This document shows, in pieces, positions 1-7,073 of a DNA stretch of 24,375 bases (position 1 is its first letter; each line of letters begins with the position of its first letter). This DNA comes from Burkholderiales bacterium (lineage in GTDB: Bacteria; Pseudomonadota; Gammaproteobacteria; Burkholderiales; JALYOK01). Under the pieces are notes generated by a model. That model saw only the letters and a list, made by a program, of their open reading frames with translations. It was not told where the DNA came from and searched no databases. The position numbers and the translations under genes are program-made. The DNA is taken from NCBI GenBank assembly GCA_039917535.1, contig JBDSJK010000419.1, positions 1 through 24,375 of the forward strand, read 5' to 3'.

Positions 1-1
1 T

Positions 2-283
2 CCCTTCCAGGGTGAGCGCGCAGCGGAGTTGGCATGCATGGCCGTCGACCCCGGCTACCGAAATTTGGGCCGTGGGGAAACGTTGCTCACCCACGTGGAA
101 GCACGCGCCAAGAAATCGGGCATCAAGAATTTGTTTGTGTTATCGGCACGCAGCTTCAGTTGGTTTATCGAACGCGGATTTAGTGAAACCAGCGTCGACT
201 TACTGCCTGATACCAAACAAAAAACCTACAACTACGAACGGCGTTCCAAAGTGCTGGTGAAGTTATTGACCGGCAAAAAGTGA
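2..283 (+). CDS. argA: N-acetylglutamate synthase, C-terminal GNAT domain (5'-truncated by the window edge)
   Basis: Frame is open from base 2: PFQGERAAELACMAVDPGYRNLGRGETLL...LFVLSARSFSWFIERGF...YNYERRSKVL, matching the ArgA C-terminus pattern (ACxAV.P.YR...GE.LL, HWF.ERGF, YNYQR.SKVL). Confidence 0.93.
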   Translation, partial: PFQGERAAELACMAVDPGYRNLGRGETLLTHVEARAKKSGIKNLFVLSARSFSWFIERGFSETSVDLLPDTKQKTYNYERRSKVLVKLLTGKK

Positions 284-307
284 AGGCTATAGATCAAGGA
301 AACGGAC

Positions 308-580
308 ATGGCACGCATGATTCAATGTATCAAACTCAAGCGCGAGGCCGAAGGCCTCGACTTCGCGCCCTATCCCGGCGCACTGGGCAAGCGGATTTAC
401 GATAGCGTATCGAAAGAAGCCTGGAAAGGCTGGGTCGATTATCAGAAGATGCTGATCAATGAAAATCGCCTCAATCTGGCCGACATCAAGGCGCGGAAAT
501 ATCTCGAGCAGCAGATGGAACAGCATTTTTTTGGCGAAGGTGCCGCGCAAGTTGAAGGTTACGTGCCACCGGCCAAATGA
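308..580 (+). CDS. yggX: Fe(II)-trafficking / oxidative damage protection protein
   Basis: 90 aa, [53 protein letters not shown] is the YggX signature; SD AAGGA upstream. Confidence 0.96.
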   Translation: MARMIQCIKLKREAEGLDFAPYPGALGKRIYDSVSKEAWKGWVDYQKMLINENRLNLADIKARKYLEQQMEQHFFGEGAAQVEGYVPPAK

Positions 581-775
581 TTGTAATCATCGTGACTTGA
601 TCTGACAGGCAATGTCCTACCCTTTTCGGCCGGTCAGGCTCTTACATCAAAACCTTCCCGATGACGGTCATTCACCTTTGATTAGGATTCCCTCGAGTTG
701 TTAATGCCCCTTCAGTTGTACAACCATTCCGTCTTCAGGCAAAGTAGAAACAGGTTCTTGGGTTGGGAGCAACGT

Positions 776-1615
776 ATGTCTTGTATGCCTCGCTTTGTTT
801 TGTTTTTATTAGCGGTCGCAATCGTATGTCCGTGCGCGGCGCTTGCTCAAGAGAAGAAATACGGCCCGGGCGTAAACGATACCGAGATCAAGCTCGGTCA
901 GACCATGCCACTCAGTGGGCCTATTTCCGCGCTCAGCGCCGTCGGCAAATCCGGTGCCGCCTACTTCGACATGATCAATGCCCAGGGCGGTGTGAATGGC
1001 CGCAAGATTCGGTTGATCATGCGCGACGATGGCTACAATCCGGTGAAGACCGTTGAACACACACGATCCCTGGTCGAGCAGGAGGGCGTTCTGGCGCTGT
1101 TCGCCTCGCTCAGTGGCACCACCAACGGCGCGATTCACAAGTATGTGAATGACAACGGCGTGCCTCACCTATTTATATCTACAAATCTCATGCGCTGGGC
1201 GGATCCACAGCATTTTCCGTGGACCATACCAAGCATCCGTGCGCCGTTCTATCTTGAAGGCAAGATTTACGGCCAATACATCAAGCAAGTGCGACCGAAT
1301 GCTGAAATCGCGGTGCTGCACTTTCTCGAGGATACGGCCAAGGACTATCTGACCGGCTTCAAAGTGGGATTAGGAGGCAAAGCCAAAACCATGATCGTGG
1401 CCGAGGCCACGCATGATGTAACTGATCCCACGGCGGATTCTCCGATCATCAGCCTCAAGGCATCTGGGGCAGATACCTTGTTTAACCTTGCAGCAATGAG
1501 TTCATCTCCGCGCATAGCCAATGCGCGGAGATGTTGGTTCGGGTTTGATTATGCGCGGTGGTACCCGGTGGATATTTTTGAATGTCCGTTACTCAAGAAA
1601 ATTGCTTTGATTTGA
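776..1615 (+). pseudogene. Branched-chain amino acid ABC transporter substrate-binding protein (LivJ/LivK-like), apparently 3'-truncated
   Basis: Signal peptide followed by KKYGPGVNDTEIKLGQTMPLSGP, INAQGGVNGRKI, DDGYNP.KTVE, and VTDPTADSPIISLKASGADTLFN. Recognisable similarity ends near 1494, and the remaining ~40 codons look unrelated. The product is ~279 aa versus ~400 aa typical for the family. Start is placed at ATG 776 (SD-like GGGAG). Confidence 0.72.
1503..1533. repeat. Perfect 13-bp inverted repeat at the truncation point of the binding-protein gene
   Basis: CATCTCCGCGCAT-agcca-ATGCGCGGAGATG. Confidence 0.85.
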
Positions 1616-1753
1616 ACGGCTGTTCATGGCCCGAACCCGAACCCCCCCCGTTAATGTCGTGAAGGAATCTTGCAGTGACTGTCAGATCGCGTCGAACTTC
1701 TACCAAAAATTGGTTTCAGAAAGCTCTAAGAGCCGCACTCTGCTTGCCTTCCA

Positions 1754-1769
1754 GGCCACTTGAGTGGTC
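1754..1769 (-). terminator. Short hairpin directly after the stop of ORF 1772-2053; possible weak terminator
   Basis: GGCCACT-TG-AGTGGTC on the + strand, 2 nt from the stop codon; no clear U-tract. Confidence 0.25.
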
Positions 1770-1771
1770 AA

Positions 1772-2053
1772 TTATCCAGCGTTTGAGGTGTCGGGCTGCG
1801 CCTCAATTTTGGTCTGCCGGTCGTGCACCTCGTGGCCGGCCGACGGGGCATTGAGTTGCTTTTGCAGCGCGCTTGCTCTTGCCATGTGCTCGTCGCAGTC
1901 ACGCTCCAGTAGGTCATATCGTGCGCGCCACGTGCCGAAAAATTTTTCAAATTCATTTTGATCGCGAATGCCGCGAATAACCCAAGCGGTAATCGCGCCC
2001 ACGATAAACGCTAGCAACATGCAGAGTATGGTTTGTAGGGCGATCGCCATCAT
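1772..2053 (-). CDS. Small membrane protein (93 aa): N-terminal TM helix with LLAF-x2-G-x3-AW motif, then a short coiled-coil; ArfB (Rv0900)-like N-terminus
   Basis: Re-started at ATG 2053 (SD AAGGA upstream): MMAIALQTILCMLLAFIVGAITAWVIRGIRDQNEF...RYDLLERDCDEHMARASALQKQL. Confidence 0.65.
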   Translation of the reverse strand: MMAIALQTILCMLLAFIVGAITAWVIRGIRDQNEFEKFFGTWRARYDLLERDCDEHMARASALQKQLNAPSAGHEVHDRQTKIEAQPDTSNAG

Positions 2054-2102
2054 GAGGGATTCCTTTTGTGTCGCGTTGTTATTGTTAACTTGTACGACGA
2101 TC

Positions 2103-2678
2103 TCATTTGGGCATTTTGTCAGCGCCACTCGTTGCGCTTTGAGGTGCGGTAATGACACGCAATCCATTGTGAATTTTTGCTTCTACACCGGCCAGGCGCT
2201 CAATCAATTTGCCCGCTGCTTCTCGATCAGTTGGGCTCGACACGTCGCCAAACAAAAGTACTTCGAGTCCGCTGATGGTTATTTCACCCGAATTTAAGCC
2301 AGAGAGGGTGGGCGGGAACCATTTGATCACCGAGTCAAACCACGGGGTGAGCACTACGCCGTCCATTACTTCCAAATTGTCCTCGACCCGGTCACGGCCG
2401 TAGATGCTGTGGGCACGGGCGAGAATGGTTTTGTGGGCTGTTTCGTCGGGCAACGTCCCGCGCAACGAAGCTTTGCCGTTCAGGAGTTTTATGCTCAATT
2501 TTACGGGGACTAAGATGGTGTCCTTGGCGATGGTGCGATCGGGGGCAAGGCTGGCCATTTCTTGGCGTTGGATGTCGTGCAACGACAGTTCGGTCTTGAG
2601 CCGCAGCATGACTGCAAGAATAGTGACGATGGCAAAGGCAAGAATGCCTATGAATGCTACTTTTCGCTCGTTGCGCAT
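2103..2678 (-). CDS. Membrane-anchored protein with two BON-like repeats (ArfA/Rv0899 B-domain-like), no OmpA domain
   Basis: Re-started at ATG 2678 (SD GGGGA), 191 aa. TM segment KVAFIGILAFAIVTILAVML, then two repeats of pattern 'strand-L.G.(LP/VS)....+......A......V.(D/N).L.V': ASLRGTLPDETAHKTILARAHSIYGRDRVEDNLEV and VLLFGDVSSPTDREAAGKLIERLAGVEAKIHNGLRV. Confidence 0.75.
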   Translation of the reverse strand: MRNERKVAFIGILAFAIVTILAVMLRLKTELSLHDIQRQEMASLAPDRTIAKDTILVPVKLSIKLLNGKASLRGTLPDETAHKTILARAHSIYGRDRVEDNLEVMDGVVLTPWFDSVIKWFPPTLSGLNSGEITISGLEVLLFGDVSSPTDREAAGKLIERLAGVEAKIHNGLRVITAPQSATSGADKMPK

Positions 2679-2800
2679 TTGCAGTCTTCCCCGCAACGAG
2701 CTACCGGGAAGGGTTTCCAGCGGATTAGCGATGAGTTTCTCCGGCATCAATGTCTTGGGGATAACCACTTGGTGCGCAGCTCAGCATGGTTATTATGTCA

Positions 2801-2806
2801 ATTATA
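2801..2806 (-). promoter_or_regulatory. Candidate sigma70 -10 element for the BON/ArfB-like pair
   Basis: Perfect TATAAT on the - strand in an AT-rich stretch (2790-2855) upstream of the gene; no good -35 at 17 bp. Confidence 0.3.
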
Positions 2807-2895
2807 AACCTGGGGCAGCTCCCAAGCTTTATTAATCATTCACATTAATTTATACGCCTGGCCCATATGGGTTGCAAGCAAATCGCTTTCGTCGT

Positions 2896-4800
2896 CTACA
2901 GCATTTCAAGTACTGTTTGGCGTTGCAGCCATTGCGCTTCGAGCGTTTCTAGCTGGGTGTTGGTCTCAGCTTGGCGTAGCACAGCGACCTTGAGTTCGTT
3001 TTTACGTGGGTCGGAATAAATGTCGTCGCCGGCGAGCAAAGCATCGAGGCGAGCTTTTTCTTGATGCAGTTTTTCCATGTCACTCTCAAGCTTCTTCAGT
3101 TCGTTCTCAAGCGGCCGGCGTTGTGCGGAGCGAGCGTTGCGCGCCGCCGCCTCTTGCCGCTTTTGCTCGCGGCGATCGGTCGCTACGACGCTCGGTGCCG
3201 GTTGTTCTGCGCAGTCAGCTGGCTGTGGCGCTTCGCCTTGGTTGACCCAGCGTCGATAATCATCCAAATCGCCGTCGAATTCCGTCGCGCGACCGGCGGC
3301 GACATGAATCAAGCTCTCAGTCGTGGTTTTGAGTAAATGCCGATCATGGGACACGACGACGACGGAACCTTCGTATTCTTGCAGCGCCAAATTTAGCGCG
3401 TGACGCATTTCCAAATCTAGATGATTGGTCGGTTCATCAAGCAACAGTAGATTGGGTTTCTGCCAAATCAACAAAGCCAAAGCGAGACGCGCTTTTTCGC
3501 CGCCGGAAAACGGCCTGATGGGCGCCAGTGCTTGATCGCCGTGAAAATTGAAGCCGCCCAAAAAGCCGCGTAATTCCAGCTCACGCGTTTTACCATCCAG
3601 CCGTATGATGTGCTGCATCGGCGATTCGTCGAGGCGTAAATAATCGAGCTGGTGCTGTGCAAAATAGCCGACCACTAGGCCTTTTCCCTCGCGCCGCACC
3701 CCGGCCTTGGGCGTGAGTTCACCGGCCAGCAGCTTGATCAAGGTCGATTTCCCGGCACCATTTTTGCCCAGCAAGCCCAGCCGATCGCCCGCCCGGATAG
3801 TCAGATTGACATTATTCAAAACCCGTTTGTCGCCATAACCCGCGCCGATATCTTCTAGTGTCAGGAGCGGATCAGGCATTTGCGAAAACTCGCGAAAGCG
3901 AAACGTGAACGGCGAATCCACGTGGGCGGCGGTGATTTCCTCCATGCGGCTCAGCGCCTTCATACGGCTTTGCGCCTGGCGCGCCTTGGTTGCCTTGGCG
4001 CGGAAGCGGTCGATGTAGGAATGCAGATGGGCAATTTCCCGTTGTTGCTTTTCATAGGAGGCTTGTTGCTGCGCCAAATTCGCGGCGCGTTGTCGCTCAA
4101 AGTCGCTGAAGTTGCCGGTGTAAAGCTTGAGACGCTGCTGCTCAATGTGGCAAATGTGGCTCACGCTCGCGTCGAGAAAATCCCGATCGTGGGAAATCAA
4201 AATCAGTGTGCCTTCATAGCGCGTCAGCCATTGTTCCAGCCACAGCACCGTTTCCAAATCCAAGTGGTTGGTCGGTTCATCAAGCAACAACAAATCCGAA
4301 CGACACATCAGCGCTTGGGCGAGATTGAGCCGCATGCGCCAGCCGCCGGAGAATGACGCCACCGGCGCACCATGTTCCACGACGGCAAAGCCTAGCCCGT
4401 GTAACAGCGCGGCGGCGCGACTCTTGGCCGTGTAGCCACCGATCACATCGAGTTGGTGATGCAACTCAGCCAGCTCGTGGCCGTCATCTTTTTCCTCGGC
4501 AATGACCAAGGCACGTTCAACGCCGCGCAGTTCCGCGTCGCCATCGAGCACATAATCGATGGCCGGCCGATCAAGCGCGGGGGTCTCTTGGGCGACATGG
4601 GCAATAGTGAGGCGCGGCGGCATGTCGAGATCGCCCGCGTCTTGATGCAGTTCGCCGCGTAATAAGGCGAATAACGTCGATTTGCCCGCGCCGTTGGCGC
4701 CAACCAGGCCGATGCGCTGGCCTTGGTGTAGAGTGAGGTTAATGTCCTCGAGCAGCGTTTTGCTGCCTCTTGCTAGGGTGAGCGCGCGTAAGGTGATCAT
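2896..4800 (-). CDS. yheS: ABC-F family ATPase (ribosome-associated, YheS-like)
   Basis: Two ABC cassettes (GANGAGKST / FSGGWRMR / LLLLDEPTNHLD and GKNGAGKST / FSGGEKAR / LLLLDEPTNHLD), inter-ABC linker with RFRAKATKARQAQSR, C-terminal coiled coil, no TM segments. Start is placed at MITL (4800). Confidence 0.9.
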   Translation of the reverse strand: MITLRALTLARGSKTLLEDINLTLHQGQRIGLVGANGAGKSTLFALLRGELHQDAGDLDMPPRLTIAHVAQETPALDRPAIDYVLDGDAELRGVERALVIAEEKDDGHELAELHHQLDVIGGYTAKSRAAALLHGLGFAVVEHGAPVASFSGGWRMRLNLAQALMCRSDLLLLDEPTNHLDLETVLWLEQWLTRYEGTLILISHDRDFLDASVSHICHIEQQRLKLYTGNFSDFERQRAANLAQQQASYEKQQREIAHLHSYIDRFRAKATKARQAQSRMKALSRMEEITAAHVDSPFTFRFREFSQMPDPLLTLEDIGAGYGDKRVLNNVNLTIRAGDRLGLLGKNGAGKSTLIKLLAGELTPKAGVRREGKGLVVGYFAQHQLDYLRLDESPMQHIIRLDGKTRELELRGFLGGFNFHGDQALAPIRPFSGGEKARLALALLIWQKPNLLLLDEPTNHLDLEMRHALNLALQEYEGSVVVVSHDRHLLKTTTESLIHVAAGRATEFDGDLDDYRRWVNQGEAPQPADCAEQPAPSVVATDRREQKRQEAAARNARSAQRRPLENELKKLESDMEKLHQEKARLDALLAGDDIYSDPRKNELKVAVLRQAETNTQLETLEAQWLQRQTVLEML

Positions 4801-4896
4801 GAACTGCACCGTTGCGGGAGTGCGCGATTGAAAAAGCTGATGGTCATACCAAATTACTCAACAAGCCATATGAAAAAAACGAAAACGGAGAAATTT

Positions 4897-5457
4897 ATGC
4901 GTGTGCTCAAGAAAATCCTGACCTACCCATTACTCGCGCTGGCCGCGATTGTACTGCTTTTCGAGGAATGGCTTTGGGATGACTTGATTCGCCTGTTCAA
5001 CCGCGCCGCGCGTTTGCCATGGGTGCGGGCGATCGAAACTTGGCTTGCGAAGCTGCCACCCTACGCCGCGCTGGCGTTCTTCTTAGTGCCGATGCTGATG
5101 TTGTTGCCGATCAAGGTGCTGGCGCTATTTCTCATCGCCCACGGTCACGGTTTGTCTGGGCTTGGCGTGATCCTAGCGGCGAAATTGTTCGGCACGGCCT
5201 GGGCGGCGCGCATTTATCACCTAACCTCGCCGCAGTTGCTGCAAATCCAATGGTTTGCGCGCTTTCACGCCTGGTTCATGGCAAAGAAACAAAACCTATT
5301 GGCTTGGTTGGCTGCGCAGCCCGCTTGGATAGTGATGAAGAACTCGGTGCGGTTATTGCGGCAGATGTTGTCGGCTCAAGCAAGATCGCCGCTCCAAAAA
5401 AGATGGGCGGCTGCGATGCGCCGCTTGAAAGCTCGCTGCTGTTTGTTACCGCGTTAA
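4897..5457 (+). CDS. Uncharacterised integral membrane protein (~186 aa)
   Basis: SD GGAG 6 nt before ATG 4897; several hydrophobic segments (LTYPLLALAAIVLLFEEWLW; LPPYAALAFFLVPMLMLLPIKVLALFLIAHGH; GVILAAKLFGTAWAAR) and a basic amphipathic C-terminus. Confidence 0.75.
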   Translation: MRVLKKILTYPLLALAAIVLLFEEWLWDDLIRLFNRAARLPWVRAIETWLAKLPPYAALAFFLVPMLMLLPIKVLALFLIAHGHGLSGLGVILAAKLFGTAWAARIYHLTSPQLLQIQWFARFHAWFMAKKQNLLAWLAAQPAWIVMKNSVRLLRQMLSAQARSPLQKRWAAAMRRLKARCCLLPR

Positions 5458-5523
5458 CAATTTAACGAAAAACGTAGCGAGCGCAGACTAGACAAAGCGC
5501 AGAAATTTTTCAACAAACTGTTA
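5455..5523. mobile_element. 69-bp MITE-like remnant with 18-bp imperfect terminal inverted repeats
   Basis: Left end TAACAATTTAACGAAAAA (5455-5472) versus reverse complement of the right end TAACAGTTTGTTGAAAAA (5506-5523): 14/18 identical. The terminal TAA/TTA trinucleotides are the stop codons of both convergent flanking genes. Confidence 0.55.
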
Positions 5524-6225
5524 CAGCGCCTGCTTTTCAACCTCTTCCAGAGCTACGTGACGCACGTCTTTACCCTTGACGAGATAAATGATGCACTCCG
5601 CCATATTTTTCGAGTGGTCGCCGATGCGCTCAATCGCCTTGGCGATGAACAAAATCTCGAGTGATGCCGTGATGGTGCGCGGATCTTCCATCATAAACGT
5701 GAGCAGTTGCCGCAGAATGGCGTGATAGGCGTCGTCCACTTGATTGTCTTGGCGCAATAGCCGCACCGCAGTGACGGTGTCCAGTCGCGCAAAACCGTCG
5801 AGCGCCTTGCGCAACATATCCAGTGCCAACTCGGCGACGTGTTTGATGTCGGTCAAGCGCGGCATGTAGAGCCGGTCCGAGGTGTGCAGCATTTTCGCCA
5901 TGCGGGCAATCTTTTCCGCTTCGTCGCCGATGCGCTCCAGGTCGCGAATAATCTTCACCACCGTCATAACCATGCGTAGGTCGCCGGCGGCGGGCTGGCG
6001 TCGCGCGATGAGGCTATTGCAGTCTTCGTCGATGGCGATTTCCAGCGCGTTGATGTGGTCGTCCTTATCCACCACTTGATCGGCGAGCTTGATGTCGCCG
6101 GTGGTCAGCGCCTGCAGCGCGTGTTCGATCTGTTGTTCCACCAGCCCGCCCATTTGCAACACGCTGGCGCGTAGGCGTTCAAGGTCGGCGTCGAACTGCT
6201 TAGAAATATGTTCGGTTTGCGTCAC
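5521..6225 (-). CDS. phoU: Phosphate signalling complex protein PhoU
   Basis: EHISKQFDADLE.LR..VLQMGGLVEQQI; two PhoU repeats with D..IN.LE..ID and RDLERIGDEA / AKAIERIGDH; GTG start with SD AAAGGA. Confidence 0.97.
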   Translation of the reverse strand: MTQTEHISKQFDADLERLRASVLQMGGLVEQQIEHALQALTTGDIKLADQVVDKDDHINALEIAIDEDCNSLIARRQPAAGDLRMVMTVVKIIRDLERIGDEAEKIARMAKMLHTSDRLYMPRLTDIKHVAELALDMLRKALDGFARLDTVTAVRLLRQDNQVDDAYHAILRQLLTFMMEDPRTITASLEILFIAKAIERIGDHSKNMAECIIYLVKGKDVRHVALEEVEKQAL

Positions 6226-6249
6226 GATAAATCCTTTTCTACAAACACC

Positions 6250-6283
6250 AGTTTACACCCTGCAAATGACATTTTTGTGACGC
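6250..6283 (-). promoter_or_regulatory. PhoB-dependent promoter: Pho box plus -10 element upstream of phoU
   Basis: The - strand reads GCGTCAC-AAAA-ATGTCAT (6283-6266; consensus CTGTCAT-AWAW-CTGTCAY), then exactly 10 nt, then TAAACT (6255-6250), the canonical Pho-promoter geometry. Confidence 0.8.
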
Positions 6284-6284
6284 A

Positions 6285-6944
6285 TTACTTCGTCATGGTT
6301 TTCAAGCCCTGCTCTGTGCCGAGCAACAGCACGTCTGCGCCGCGCCGGGCAAACAGGCCGCAGGTCACCACGCCGGGAATCTGGTTAATCCGCGCTTCCA
6401 GTTCGACGGGATTGCTGATGTTTAAATCATATACATCAATGATCAAGTTACCGTTATCGGTCGTGAAATGTTCGCGCAGAGCGGGGTTGCCGCCTAGCAA
6501 TACCATTTCCCGCCCCACCAGGCTACGCGCCATGGGGATCACCTCAATGGGCAACGGAAACTTCCCCAAGACGTTCACCAGCTTGCTGGCGTCGGCGATG
6601 CAGATAAATTTTCGCGCCACGGCGGCGACGATTTTTTCCCGCGTCAACGCGCCGCCGCCGCCTTTGATCATGTGCAGATGGGGCGTGATCTCGTCCGCGC
6701 CATCCACATAAATCGGCAAATCCGGCGTCGCGTTGAGATCAAACACGTGTATCCCCGCTTGCTTTAGCAAAGCGGCGGTTTTTTCCGAGCTGGCCACGCA
6801 GCCGTCGATCTTGTGTTTGAGTTTCGCTAGCTCAGCGATGAAATAATTGGCCGTCGAGCCCGTGCCCACACCTATGATGCCGTCGTGGGGCACATAATCC
6901 AGCGCGGCTTTCGCGGCGAGTTGCTTGAGTTCTTCTGGCTGCAT
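6285..6944 (-). CDS. rpiA: Ribose-5-phosphate isomerase A
   Basis: [52 protein letters not shown] motifs; start MQPEELK (6944) gives 219 aa. Confidence 0.97.
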   Translation of the reverse strand: MQPEELKQLAAKAALDYVPHDGIIGVGTGSTANYFIAELAKLKHKIDGCVASSEKTAALLKQAGIHVFDLNATPDLPIYVDGADEITPHLHMIKGGGGALTREKIVAAVARKFICIADASKLVNVLGKFPLPIEVIPMARSLVGREMVLLGGNPALREHFTTDNGNLIIDVYDLNISNPVELEARINQIPGVVTCGLFARRGADVLLLGTEQGLKTMTK

Positions 6945-6964
6945 GAGCGGCTTAAATGGCAGTG

Positions 6965-6988
6965 TGTATAATTTCAATCAATTATACA
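6965..6988. promoter_or_regulatory. Perfect palindrome carrying two opposed TATAAT boxes between divergent rpiA and ilvA
   Basis: TGTATAATT-tcaatc-AATTATACA; TATAAT at 6967-6972 (+) and 6986-6981 (-). Confidence 0.6.
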
Positions 6989-7025
6989 TCGCGCCCAGGG
7001 CGTCAGCGTGAGCAAAACAATAACC

Positions 7026-7073
7026 ATGCTGAGCGACACACACACCTCACTTACCTGTCTGCGCAGCCTATGA
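7026..7073 (+). CDS. Possible 15-aa upstream ORF (MLSDTHTSLTCLRSL) whose stop overlaps the ilvA start (ATGA)
   Basis: ATG 7026 to TGA 7071-7073; the ilvA ATG is at 7070 and has no obvious SD. Not in the supplied ORF track because it is too short. Confidence 0.25.
   Translation: MLSDTHTSLTCLRSL

Noticed and set aside
698-775. Longer N-terminus of the binding-protein ORF from TTG 698
   Set aside because: The signal peptide and SD fit a start at ATG 776 (or 785).
1694-1752. Possible third, degenerate copy of the twin-hairpin element (AAGAGCC-N11-GCCTTCC)
   Set aside because: The arms do not pair and identity is too low to support from this sequence alone.
2054-2167. ORF-track extension of the small membrane protein (MDCVSLPH...), or a frameshifted OmpA domain continuing the BON gene
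   Set aside because: A good SD precedes ATG 2053, and the segment is too short and has no OmpA-like motifs in the frames examined.
2829-2850. ATTAAT-N7-ATTAAT in the AT-rich region upstream of the BON gene as a regulator site
   Set aside because: Short, low-complexity, and no match to a consensus I can name (not FNR or CRP).
6956-7069. 38-residue N-terminal extension of IlvA in the ORF track
   Set aside because: It overlaps the rpiA promoter region, and homology starts at MKIDYLEKIL.
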